Assembly (NCBI GenBank): GCA_963752285.1
Contig: CAVVXN010000003.1
Location: 32,001 to 96,000, forward strand
Length of the DNA stretch: 64,000 bases
Origin: an uncultured Planctomycetota bacterium
Lineage (GTDB): Bacteria; Planctomycetota; PLA2; JAEUHO01
Reading direction: 5' to 3'
Part shown: in pieces, positions 37,295 to 46,672 of the stretch
Position numbering within the stretch: the first letter of the stretch is position 1
How the letters are laid out: each line of letters starts with the position of its first letter
Position numbers and translations under genes: made by a program
Notes under the pieces: model-generated
Seen by the model: the letters and a program-made list of their open reading frames with translations, nothing else
Databases searched by the model: none
Told to the model about the DNA's origin: nothing

Positions 37295-38271
37295 GGGCGG
37301 CGCGTCCGGCCGTCCTCGCCGGGGCGTTCGCGGTCCTCTCGGCCGGGGTCGCGCTGGGGCTGGGCCCCAGCCACGTCGGCTTCGGCGACCTGGGCGCGCT
37401 CCTCGCGGGGCACGTCTCGCCGATCGCGCGGGAGGTGCTCCTCCACGACCGGCTCCCGGCCGTCCTCCTCGGCCTGCTCGTCGGCGCGTCCCTCGCCGTC
37501 GCGGGCGTGATCCTCCAGGCGCTCCTGAGGAACGACCTCGCGGAGCCGTACCTGGTGGGCGTCGGACCGGGCGCGTACCTCGGCGTCACGGCCGTGGCCC
37601 TCCTCGCGGCGGGCACCCGCGCCTTCCCGTCGGCCCTCGCGCGCGGCGCGGGCGCGCTCGTCGGGGCCGTGCTCGTGAGCGCGGTCGTCTTCACGTTCGC
37701 GCGGCGCGCCCGCGGCCTGGGCCCGACGCTCCTCCTCGCGGGCGTCGCGCTCGGCGCGTTCGTGTCGGCGGTCGCCACGGCGGCCCTCTACACGGCCGTG
37801 CCCGACTGGCAACGTGTCGTGACCTGGCTGCTCGGCCACCTCGACCCGCGCGGGACCGGCGACCTCGCCCTCGTCGGCGTGTGCCTCGCCGTCGCCGGCG
37901 GCGCGGCGGTGGTCCGCGCGCGCGACCTCGACGCCGTCGCACTGGGCGAGGAGGGCGCGTGGCTCGTCGGCGTGCACGTCTCGCGCCTCACGGTCGGCAT
38001 GGGCCTCCTCGCCGCCCTCCTCGCGGCGGCCGCGGTGGCGACTTCGGGGCTCATCGGCTTCGTGGGACTGCTCGTCCCGCACCTGGCCCGACGCCTCTCT
38101 GGACCGAAGCACCGCCTGCTGGTCCCGACCGCGGCGGCGCTGGGGGCGGGGCTCCTCGTCCTGGCCGATGCGCTCGCGCGGACCGTCCACCCGCCGCTCG
38201 TGCTCCCCGTGGGCGTCGTCACGGCCGCGCTGGGGGCGCCGGGGCTGCTGGTGTTGCTGCTGAAGCGCTGA
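37291..38271 (+). CDS. FecCD/BtuC family permease
   Basis: RLPAV, QALLRNDLAEPYLVGV, GLIGFVGLLVPHLAR, LPVGVVTAALGAP. Confidence 0.9.
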   Translation: MRAARPAVLAGAFAVLSAGVALGLGPSHVGFGDLGALLAGHVSPIAREVLLHDRLPAVLLGLLVGASLAVAGVILQALLRNDLAEPYLVGVGPGAYLGVTAVALLAAGTRAFPSALARGAGALVGAVLVSAVVFTFARRARGLGPTLLLAGVALGAFVSAVATAALYTAVPDWQRVVTWLLGHLDPRGTGDLALVGVCLAVAGGAAVVRARDLDAVALGEEGAWLVGVHVSRLTVGMGLLAALLAAAAVATSGLIGFVGLLVPHLARRLSGPKHRLLVPTAAALGAGLLVLADALARTVHPPLVLPVGVVTAALGAPGLLVLLLKR

Positions 38272-38481
38272 GCGGCGCGAGGCGGGCGATCGGCCGGCCG
38301 GAGCCGCGCTTGGCCGAGATCGACGGGCGGGGGCGAGGGGGGCGCCGGGTCGGGGGGCGCCTGCCGTCGTACCTCGGGACCGCGCTCGGGTCGGGGGAAG
38401 GGGGCTCCCGGACCGGCCGCGACGCGCCCCGGGACGCGGGCGAGCATACGCGGGACCCGCCTCGTCCCCCGGAGGGCCTCG

Positions 38482-41268
38482 ATGGCGTCTTCCTCGCCCC
38501 GCTCGGTCCGCGTCTGGCTGCTCGTCGGTCTCCTCGGGATCGGGCTGCTCGCGGCGTTCCTCTTCGTCGCGGACCCGTTCGGCCTCGGCCACGCGATCGA
38601 CCGCCCGACCGCGAACGGCGCGGCCACGTCCCTCGGAGAGGAGGGCGCGGCCCCGGAGAAGGCCCCGGTCGTGGCGACCGCCGGCGCGCTCTCGGGCCGC
38701 TTCGGCGAGGCGGACCTCGGTCGCGTGCGGCTCCGACTTCTCGACGTGGTCGGCCGGCGCCCGATCGCGAGCGAGCGCCTGCTCCTCTACGACCGCACGG
38801 GCGGCCGCGTCGAGGCGGTCTCCGGCGAGGACGGCGTGACGCTCTTCGAGCGCCTCGTGCCGCGGCGGGGCTACCGGCTGGAGATCCAGGTCCCGGAGCA
38901 CGCCGCCGTCCACGTCCAGGGCGTCGAGGTGAAGCCCGGCGCGACGACCGACCTCGGCGACATCCTCGTCGGCGCGAACCTCGTGCTCCGAGGGCGCGTC
39001 GTCGACGGCAGCGGCCGCGCCGTGGCGGGCGCGTCGGTCGCGGTCTACACCGAGGCGCGGTCCATGCTCGCCGAGGGCATCGTCTTCGCGATGGCCGCGC
39101 AGCTCACCACGTTCCCGAGCGCGCTCGACGAGGCGACGTCCGACGACCAGGGCTGGTTCACGCTGAAGGAGCTCGGGGCCGGGACGTATCGCCTCGAGGC
39201 CCGCCGCGCCGGCTACGCGACGCGATACGAGCCGGGCGTGGTCGTCGCGGAGGACCGACCCGCTCGCGACATGACGATCGTCCTCGGCGAGGGCGCCGCG
39301 ATGATCGGCGTCGTGAAGGACGAGTCCGGCAAGCCCGTCGAGGGCGCCCGCGTGGTCGCGGTGAAGGACGACGGACGGCGCTTCCTCGCGAGCTCGACGT
39401 TCGAGCGGGACGTGGCCACCACGGACGCCGCGGGTCGCTACGCGATCGAGACGCTCATGCAGGGCATGTCGTACCGCTTCGGCGTGTTGGCCGACGGCTT
39501 CGCCACCCTGTACGAGACGAACCCCGTCGAGCTGCTCACCAAGAAGATGGAGAAGGACTTCCAGCTCCTGCGCGGCGGGTCGGTCACCGGCCGTGTCGTG
39601 AGGAAGGAGGACGGGAAGCCCGTCTCCGGGGCCGAGGTCGCGATGGCGGTGGGGCGCCTCGGGTTCGGCCGGGGCCGGGGCGGCGACGCGAGCGACCGCG
39701 CCGCGCCGCTCGTCACCCGGACCGGGGACGACGGGGCGTTCCGCTTCGACAACGTGCTCCCGGGTCCGGTCCTCACGGCGCAGGTGCGGGCGCCGGGCTA
39801 CGTCTCGTACGTCGCGTCGCCGTTCGCGGGGAGCCCCTGGGGCGAGATCGCGGCGGGCGAGGAGTTCGAGGCGCCGCTCGTCGAGCTCGAGCGGGGGGGC
39901 TCCATCACGGGCCAGGTCACGGACGCCTCCACCGGTGCGCCGATCGCCGACGCGCAGGTGACCGCGCTTCCCCAGCGCATGGGCTTCATGGCGATGGCCA
40001 CGGGCACGAACGAGGCCCGGACGGACGCCACGGGCGCGTTCGCGCTCGACGGGCTCGCGCCGGCCTCCTATCGCGTCCTCGCGATCGCGGACGGGTTCGC
40101 GCCGTCGAACGCCGCGGACCCGACCCACGAGGTGGCGGTGCCCGAGGTCGGCGGGAGCGTCGTCGCCAACGTCGCGCTCTCGAAGGCCGCCGTGGTCGAG
40201 GGGGTCGTGACCGACTCGAAGGGCGAGCCGGTCGCCGGCGCGCGCGTGCGTGCCCGCGTGGCCCCGCCTCCGCGGGGCGAGGGGCGGGGACGCGGATTCG
40301 GCAACCGCCTGGCCGCGTTCCTCCCGGGCGGGAGCGCCGCCGACCTGACCGACCAGCAGGGACACTACGTCCTCGAGGGCCTGTCGGGCGACCAGCGCTG
40401 GCTCCTCACCGCCGAGGCGGACGAGTTCGTCCCGACCGAGAGCGACCCGATCGAGGTCCGCGTCGGTGAGGCGAAGAAGGTGGACCTCGTGCTCCTCGGC
40501 GGGGGCGCGATCTCGGGTCGCGTCGTGGACGACCGGGGCGGGTTCGTCGAAGGCGCGCGCGTCCGCGTCGGGCACCTGCCCGACGACCGCGCGGGCCAGG
40601 GAAGCCTCAGCGCGTGGGAGGTGGACCGCTACCTCGAGCCCTCCGTCTACGTCACGACGGAGGACGGCAAGTTCCTGGTGCCGAACATCCCGCCCGGCAT
40701 CGCGGTCGTGAAGGTCGAGCACGACGGGTTCGTGACCTTCTACAAGCGCGACGCCGTCGTTCGGGCCGACGAGACCCTCGAGAACTACACGGTCTCGCTC
40801 TCGCGCGGCGACGTGATGGAGGGTCTCGTGAAGTCGAGCGACGGTCGGCCGATCTCGGGCGCGGTCGTCGCCGTCACCAAGGCCGCCAACCCCGGCCAGG
40901 ACACGCCGGCGGGGGAGACGCCGCCGAACTCCGAGGTGGAGCCCCGCCTGAACGACCGCACCGACGCGAACGGCCACTTCCACGTCGAGAACGTTCCGCC
41001 CGGAACGTGGAACGTGATCGTCTACTTCGCGCCGGGGTACGTCGGATACGCGGGGGGACAGGACGAGAGCGCGATCCGGCGCGACGTCCCCTCGTCGTCG
41101 AAGACCGTCGAGTTCCGCCTCAAGACCGCCGAGACCGGCGGGTTCCCGGGACCCGGCGGTCCGCGGCCGCCGCGCGCCGCGCCGGCCGGGAACGGCTCGG
41201 GCACGACGCCGGCCGGGACGGGTCGGGGAGGCGGCGGCCGCGGCGGTCGCGTCCCGCCCGGCCGCTGA
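38482..41268 (+). CDS. Membrane-anchored protein with multiple carboxypeptidase-regulatory-like beta-sandwich repeats
   Basis: Repeated GRVVD..G.PV.GA.V ... TD..G.F ... PG.Y units after an N-terminal TM. Confidence 0.85.
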   Translation: MASSSPRSVRVWLLVGLLGIGLLAAFLFVADPFGLGHAIDRPTANGAATSLGEEGAAPEKAPVVATAGALSGRFGEADLGRVRLRLLDVVGRRPIASERLLLYDRTGGRVEAVSGEDGVTLFERLVPRRGYRLEIQVPEHAAVHVQGVEVKPGATTDLGDILVGANLVLRGRVVDGSGRAVAGASVAVYTEARSMLAEGIVFAMAAQLTTFPSALDEATSDDQGWFTLKELGAGTYRLEARRAGYATRYEPGVVVAEDRPARDMTIVLGEGAAMIGVVKDESGKPVEGARVVAVKDDGRRFLASSTFERDVATTDAAGRYAIETLMQGMSYRFGVLADGFATLYETNPVELLTKKMEKDFQLLRGGSVTGRVVRKEDGKPVSGAEVAMAVGRLGFGRGRGGDASDRAAPLVTRTGDDGAFRFDNVLPGPVLTAQVRAPGYVSYVASPFAGSPWGEIAAGEEFEAPLVELERGGSITGQVTDASTGAPIADAQVTALPQRMGFMAMATGTNEARTDATGAFALDGLAPASYRVLAIADGFAPSNAADPTHEVAVPEVGGSVVANVALSKAAVVEGVVTDSKGEPVAGARVRARVAPPPRGEGRGRGFGNRLAAFLPGGSAADLTDQQGHYVLEGLSGDQRWLLTAEADEFVPTESDPIEVRVGEAKKVDLVLLGGGAISGRVVDDRGGFVEGARVRVGHLPDDRAGQGSLSAWEVDRYLEPSVYVTTEDGKFLVPNIPPGIAVVKVEHDGFVTFYKRDAVVRADETLENYTVSLSRGDVMEGLVKSSDGRPISGAVVAVTKAANPGQDTPAGETPPNSEVEPRLNDRTDANGHFHVENVPPGTWNVIVYFAPGYVGYAGGQDESAIRRDVPSSSKTVEFRLKTAETGGFPGPGGPRPPRAAPAGNGSGTTPAGTGRGGGGRGGRVPPGR

Positions 41269-41333
41269 CGGGCGGGCCGGGCGGCGAGGTGGCGCGAGCC
41301 TCCGCGCCCGGCCACGGGTACCTTCGGGCCGTC

Positions 41334-43859
41334 GTGCGCGTGCGGCCCGTCCCCGTGCTGCTCCTCCTCTCGGGCGTCCTCGTCGGGTGGCTCCTCGTCA
41401 CCGAGGCGCTCGACGTGTTCCCGGGCGGCGCGGTCGCCCGACCCGTCGCGGAGCGCGCGGGCCACGCGCCGTACGACGACGCGCTCGCCGCGGACCTGGA
41501 GCGGCGTGCGCGTCTGCGGGGGCTCCCCGGCATCGAGCGCGTCGAGCGCGGGACCGGGCGACTCGTCGGCACCGTCGTGCGCATCGTGAACGGAGAGGGG
41601 GAACGTCCGGTCGCGGGCGCGGCCGTCGAGGTCCTCGGCAGCGCGGCGGGCGACCCGATCGCCCTCTCGCTCCGCACCGACGACGAGGGGCGCTTCGCCG
41701 CCGACCACATCCTGGCGGCCCCGGGCTACGCCGTGGTCGTTCGGCATTCCCCGTGGCGGGAGGTCGTGCTCCGCGGGCTGGGCGTCTCGCGCGACCGCAC
41801 GACCGACGTGGGCCGGATCCGGCTCGGCGCCGCCGTGCGCCTCCGCGGCGAGGTCGTGGACGCCGCGGGCCGGCCGGTCTCGCGCGCGAAGGTCCAGGTC
41901 CTCCCGGACCGGTCCCGTTCGGACCGCATCGACCTGCTCCGCGGGCTTCGCGAGCTCGACCAGATGGCGGAGCCGCTCGGCGAGGCCGCGACGGCGCGCG
42001 ACGGGAGCTTCGTCGTCGCCGACGTGCTGCCGGGCCGCTACGTCGTGCGCGTCTCCGCGCCGGGCTTCGCCACGGCCTTCCGACCCGGCGTCTGGATCAC
42101 GCCCGACGAGGTCGCCCCGTGCCTTTGCGTCGTGCTCGATCCCGGCGCCGGATGGACGGGGCGTGTGACGGACGCCGACGACCGGCCCGTCGCGGGCGCG
42201 CGGGTCGTCGCCGTGGCCGTCGCGGGCAAGCGCGCGGGCGGCATGGAACGCCTCGAGACCCGGTCGGACGAGGACGGGACGTACCGCCTCGACTCGTTGA
42301 TCCCCGGGGTCACGTACTTCGTCGAGGCGTGGTCGGCGGGCTTCGCGCCCTCCGGACGGCTGGCGCCCGCGAGCGGCGACCCGCACCTGGACTTCGTGCT
42401 CGGCGCGAGCGGGCGCGTCGAGGGCATGGTGACCGACGCGACGACGAACGCGCCCATCTGCGACGCGGAGGTGGCGCTGCTCGCCGGCGCGGGCGACGCG
42501 ATCTCGCCCCTCACGTCCGTGACGGACACGGCGGGCCGGTACGTCTTCGCGTCCGTCGAGCCGGGGATCGTCCTCTGGTTCGCCGTGAAGGCGCCGGGAC
42601 GTCCCGCATGGTCGTTTCGGGCGGGAACGGAGCACGCGTACCGCGTCGCCGCGGGCCAGACGACGCTGATCGACGCCCCGCTCGACGGGGGCGTCGTCGC
42701 GGAGGGCCGTGTGGTCGATCGTCGGGGCCGACCTGTTCCCTGGGCGACGGTGGCCCTCGCGGACCCGAAGCGCCGGGGCGAGGGCGAGGCGACGTCCCTC
42801 TCGGACGGGGACGGCGCGTGGCGCGTGGGAGGCCTGCGCGAGACGACGTACGAGGTCCACGTGGAGGCCGAGGGATTCGCGCCGCTCGTGTCGGACGCGG
42901 ACTCGGTGCTCGAGGTGAAGGGCCCGGGACCGGTGCGTCGCGATCTCGTGCTCGACGCCGGCGGCGTCCTCGAGGGCACGGTCACCGACCCGGACGGCGC
43001 GGTCGTGGCCGGCGCGCGGATCGAGGCCGTAGGCGTCGGGACGGCCGCCCGGCGCGTGCGCGACCTCGTGGGGGTCTCGGGCGTCGCCGGGGCGTGGCGG
43101 ATTGCGGGCGTTCCACCGAACGTCGAGATCCGTCTGGAGGCTCGTCACGACCTCTGGGCGCCCGCGCGGTCCGCGCCGATCCGGCTCACCCCCGGGGCCT
43201 CGCTCCGCGTGGACCTCGCCCTCGGCGAGGGCGCGCGGATCGAGGGGCGCGTGGTGGAGGCGGGGGGACACGCCGTCGCCGGCGCGCGCGTCCGGTGGGG
43301 GCGCGTCGATCCGTCCGAGTCGTCGCGGCTCCGCGACGCGTTCCGCGCCGACTCGCTCCTGACGGCGCGAACGGTCGAGACCGACCGCGAGGGGCGATTC
43401 ACGGTCCCGAGGCTCGAGCCGGGGACGTTCCTCCTGAAGGTCGAGAAGGACGGGTTCGCTCCGGACTACCGCCCCGACCTCGAGGTCGGGGGTGAGGGGG
43501 AGACGAAGGTCGAGATCGCGCTCGTGCGGTCGAGCACGGTGTCGGGGCGCGTGCGCGAGCGGGGCACGGGCCTTCCGGTCCGCGGCGCGTGGGTCTACGC
43601 CCGGGAGGCCGACGCGCCGGCCGGCGCGGAGGAGCCCGAGGGCGCGCACGTGCGCGCCCTCTCGTCGGTCGCGACGCGGGAGGACGGCACGTACGTGCTC
43701 ACGGGCCTGCCTCCCGGGCGGTACGAGGTGGTGCTGTGGTTCGCCGCGGGCTACGTGGCCGCGCTCGAGGCGCCGGACGACGAGAGCCTCCGTCGCCGCG
43801 ACGTGGAGCCGGGGCAGACCGGCATCGACTTCGCGCCGGTGCCCGCGTCGATGCGCTGA
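41334..43859 (+). CDS. Second carboxypeptidase-regulatory-like repeat protein (tandem paralogue)
   Basis: Same repeat units and similar C-terminus; GTG start approximate. Confidence 0.82.
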   Translation: MRVRPVPVLLLLSGVLVGWLLVTEALDVFPGGAVARPVAERAGHAPYDDALAADLERRARLRGLPGIERVERGTGRLVGTVVRIVNGEGERPVAGAAVEVLGSAAGDPIALSLRTDDEGRFAADHILAAPGYAVVVRHSPWREVVLRGLGVSRDRTTDVGRIRLGAAVRLRGEVVDAAGRPVSRAKVQVLPDRSRSDRIDLLRGLRELDQMAEPLGEAATARDGSFVVADVLPGRYVVRVSAPGFATAFRPGVWITPDEVAPCLCVVLDPGAGWTGRVTDADDRPVAGARVVAVAVAGKRAGGMERLETRSDEDGTYRLDSLIPGVTYFVEAWSAGFAPSGRLAPASGDPHLDFVLGASGRVEGMVTDATTNAPICDAEVALLAGAGDAISPLTSVTDTAGRYVFASVEPGIVLWFAVKAPGRPAWSFRAGTEHAYRVAAGQTTLIDAPLDGGVVAEGRVVDRRGRPVPWATVALADPKRRGEGEATSLSDGDGAWRVGGLRETTYEVHVEAEGFAPLVSDADSVLEVKGPGPVRRDLVLDAGGVLEGTVTDPDGAVVAGARIEAVGVGTAARRVRDLVGVSGVAGAWRIAGVPPNVEIRLEARHDLWAPARSAPIRLTPGASLRVDLALGEGARIEGRVVEAGGHAVAGARVRWGRVDPSESSRLRDAFRADSLLTARTVETDREGRFTVPRLEPGTFLLKVEKDGFAPDYRPDLEVGGEGETKVEIALVRSSTVSGRVRERGTGLPVRGAWVYAREADAPAGAEEPEGAHVRALSSVATREDGTYVLTGLPPGRYEVVLWFAAGYVAALEAPDDESLRRRDVEPGQTGIDFAPVPASMR

Positions 43860-43881
43860 CGGGCTCCCCTCGCAGGCGGCG

Positions 43882-45345
43882 TCACTGCGCGAGCGAGCGG
43901 CGGGCGTAGGCGGGGTCCGACGTGACGTCGCGGGCCCCCGCGTCCCGCAACACCGCCGGGAGCTCGGGCGCGCCGTGCGCGGGGCGCCCGACATCCGCGA
44001 GCCAGAGGTCGCGATCGAGTCGCTCGTCGATCCGCCACGTGGCGCCCTCGAGCTCGACGTGGCGACGGCGGTAGCGGAGCCGCCGTCCCTCGGTGAAGGG
44101 CCAGAGCGCCTCGAAGAGCGCCTCCGGCATCTCGTCTTCCGCCTCGGCGGTCCCCTCGGGCGACTCGCGCACCCGCGCCGAGCGCGTGACGCCGTCGGAG
44201 CGCACGCGCCGGACGAGCTCCGGCGCCGTGTCGCCCGGCAGGTATCCCTCCTCGACCTCCTCCGCCCGCGCGGGCGGCAGCCGACCGGGCGCGGACGCGA
44301 GGACGTAGCGACGACGGCTCGCGACGCGGGCCGCCTCGAGGAGCGCCCGCTCGGCGTCGGCGACGACCGCGCCGAGCCGCTCCGTGCCCGCGTCGCCCGC
44401 CGGGTCCCCGAGGCGCGCGAAGAGCGACTCGAGGCGCGCGCGGTTCCGGCGCGCGAGGGCGAGGATGCCGGCTCTCTCGGAGCGGCGCATCTCGCGACGC
44501 GCGGCGTCCTCCTCGCCGCGCACGAGCAGGTCGTGCGCACGGCGCGTGCGACCGACGACCGCCTCCTCGAGGGCGGCCCCGAGTCGCTGGGCGAGCACGT
44601 GGGCGTCGTTCAGCTCGCCCAAGAGGTCCTGGAGCGCCTTCATGTGCGCTACGAGTCGTCCGACCGCGGGCAGCCGGCCGTCGAGCGGCTCGACGAGGTA
44701 GCGCAGCCGCTTCGCGCGGATGCGCGCGGTGTGCGCGGCCGCGCGGTCCTCGACGTCGCGCACCGCGCCGAGGGCCGCCCGGAGCTCCTCCAGGTGGTCG
44801 TGCACCGCGCGGGCCATCGCCTCGCCCCAGGGCGTCTCGGCGTCCGACGCCGTCCCCAAGAGGCGGACCGGCCTCGAGACCGAGGCGAGGCGCGGGGCGA
44901 GGTCGTCACGGACGCGCGCGTACGCCTCCGCCAGGCCCTCCGAGATCGAGCGCATCGCGCTCTCGCGTTCTTCGTCGAGCCGGGAGGCGACCCAGTCGAG
45001 GGCGCGGCGGTGGGCCGGGGCGACCTCGGGTCGCTGGCCCTTCACCCAGGCGGCGGCCACCTCCGCGTCTCGTCCCTGGCCCGTGCGCGTCTGGACGTCG
45101 CGGAGCGCTCGGCGGTCCCGCTTCCGGACCGCGCGGCCGAGGGCGTCGCGCCACGCGCGCGCCGTGCTCCTGAGTCGCCGGATCGCGACGCGGAAGTCGT
45201 GGAGCGCCTCGGCGTCGTGCGGGTCGGAAAGGCGGAGGAGCGCCGCGTCGGCCGCGTCGAGGTGCGCGAGCGCGACGAGTCGGGCGGCCTCGGACGCGGG
45301 TCGCCGCGCGACGTCGTCGGGTAGCAGGCTGCTCGCTCGCGCCAT
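43882..45345 (-). CDS. CHAD domain protein with degenerate C-terminal CYTH-like domain
   Basis: EALHDFRVAIRRLRS, RDAEV, HTARIRAKRLRY, LQDLLGELNDAHV; C-terminal FEALWPFTEGRRL..R, WRID, DVTSDPAY. Confidence 0.85.
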   Translation of the reverse strand: MARASSLLPDDVARRPASEAARLVALAHLDAADAALLRLSDPHDAEALHDFRVAIRRLRSTARAWRDALGRAVRKRDRRALRDVQTRTGQGRDAEVAAAWVKGQRPEVAPAHRRALDWVASRLDEERESAMRSISEGLAEAYARVRDDLAPRLASVSRPVRLLGTASDAETPWGEAMARAVHDHLEELRAALGAVRDVEDRAAAHTARIRAKRLRYLVEPLDGRLPAVGRLVAHMKALQDLLGELNDAHVLAQRLGAALEEAVVGRTRRAHDLLVRGEEDAARREMRRSERAGILALARRNRARLESLFARLGDPAGDAGTERLGAVVADAERALLEAARVASRRRYVLASAPGRLPPARAEEVEEGYLPGDTAPELVRRVRSDGVTRSARVRESPEGTAEAEDEMPEALFEALWPFTEGRRLRYRRRHVELEGATWRIDERLDRDLWLADVGRPAHGAPELPAVLRDAGARDVTSDPAYARRSLAQ

Positions 45346-45439
45346 CTCCAGAGAGGGTAGCCCGCTCGCGCCGCCGGGCGGAGGCGGGAACGCCGTCTCT
45401 TTACGCAGGCGCCTCCACCACCCCGCGCGCGTCGCCGCG

Positions 45440-46672
45440 TCAGCGCGAAGGCCGCGGGGCCTCGGCCTGCCCCGCGATCTCGGGCGGACCGAACAGGACC
45501 GCGATCACGTGGTCGGGCAGCACGTCCGGCAGGAGGACGACGCCCCGACCGGTCTCCTGGTCGAGGGCGACCGACGCGCGGCAGGCCACCACCTGCCACT
45601 CCGGCCGGTCGAGCTCCACGGGCTCCACGTCCGGCGCGGGACGCACCTTCACCGTGGACATCGGGTCCGACACGTCCGTGCGCGTCGCGCCGACCGTGAT
45701 CGTGGCGCGACCGTCCGGGCCGCGCGCCATGCTCGCCTCGACCGCGAGGCCGCGGGGGAGCGTCCCCTGCTCGACGGCCCAGGCGCCGCCGGCGGTCCGG
45801 ACGACCTCGCGTCGCCAGGGCACGCGTTCCGGCTCCACGACGGCCGTCGGCGTCGTGGAGAGCGTCACGGCCGTATCGGCGATGGGTCGCGTGTCGGGGA
45901 GCCCCTGGAGCGCGCCGGCGAGCCCGACGTCCACCCGCGTCGAGGGCGCGTCGCGACCTGGGGGGCCGGGCGAGAGTCGGAGCGCGATCCTCGTCTCGTC
46001 GTCCGCCCCGCTCGCGAGGAACCGGTCGAGCTCCGCGCGCGAGAGGGACAGCACCGTGACGCGGGCGCGCAGGGTGGGGGCCGCCTCCGCGGACGTGCGG
46101 GCGTCGGACGCGGCCTCGGACTTCGGCGACGCGCCCGCGACCGTGTCCGGCCGCGGCGCGCCGGGGGCGGCGGGCACGGGTCCCGGGGCGGGCGGTCCCT
46201 TCGGCTCGGACGGCGACCCCGACGCGGGGGGCTTCTCCTCTGCCCGACGCGCCGCCCACTCCTCGGGCGCGATCTCCTCCAGCAGCCGCTCGGCGCGCTC
46301 GCTCACGGCCGGGTCCGAGCTGGCCCGATCCTGGATGAGCAGCTGGACCAGGCGGCGACGGAGCTCGTCGGCGCGGCCCGACGATTCCCCGGCGGCCGCG
46401 CGCGCCTCGGACAGGACGAGCGCCTCCGACTCCGTCACGCGGCGAAGCAGCTCGGCGACGTCGCCGCCGGCGGCGATCCCGTCGAGGAGCAGCGCGCGAC
46501 CCTCGGCGCGGACGCGTTCGTCCGGGTCCGTGAGCAGGCGCGCGACGCGCTCGGGATCGGAGGGCGCTGCCTCTCCCGCCGCGGCCCGCCGGAGGGGGCA
46601 CGCGAGCAGGAGCGCGAGCAGGACCCAGCGCAGGGCTGCGCGAGAGCGGCGCGTGCCGAGGTCCGACGTCAC
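45440..46672 (-). CDS. Exported hypothetical protein (HEAT-like N-terminus, Pro-rich linker, beta-rich C-terminus)
   Basis: GTGA overlap with upstream gene; hydrophobic signal; LTDPDERVRAE. Confidence 0.65.
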   Translation of the reverse strand: MTSDLGTRRSRAALRWVLLALLLACPLRRAAAGEAAPSDPERVARLLTDPDERVRAEGRALLLDGIAAGGDVAELLRRVTESEALVLSEARAAAGESSGRADELRRRLVQLLIQDRASSDPAVSERAERLLEEIAPEEWAARRAEEKPPASGSPSEPKGPPAPGPVPAAPGAPRPDTVAGASPKSEAASDARTSAEAAPTLRARVTVLSLSRAELDRFLASGADDETRIALRLSPGPPGRDAPSTRVDVGLAGALQGLPDTRPIADTAVTLSTTPTAVVEPERVPWRREVVRTAGGAWAVEQGTLPRGLAVEASMARGPDGRATITVGATRTDVSDPMSTVKVRPAPDVEPVELDRPEWQVVACRASVALDQETGRGVVLLPDVLPDHVIAVLFGPPEIAGQAEAPRPSR

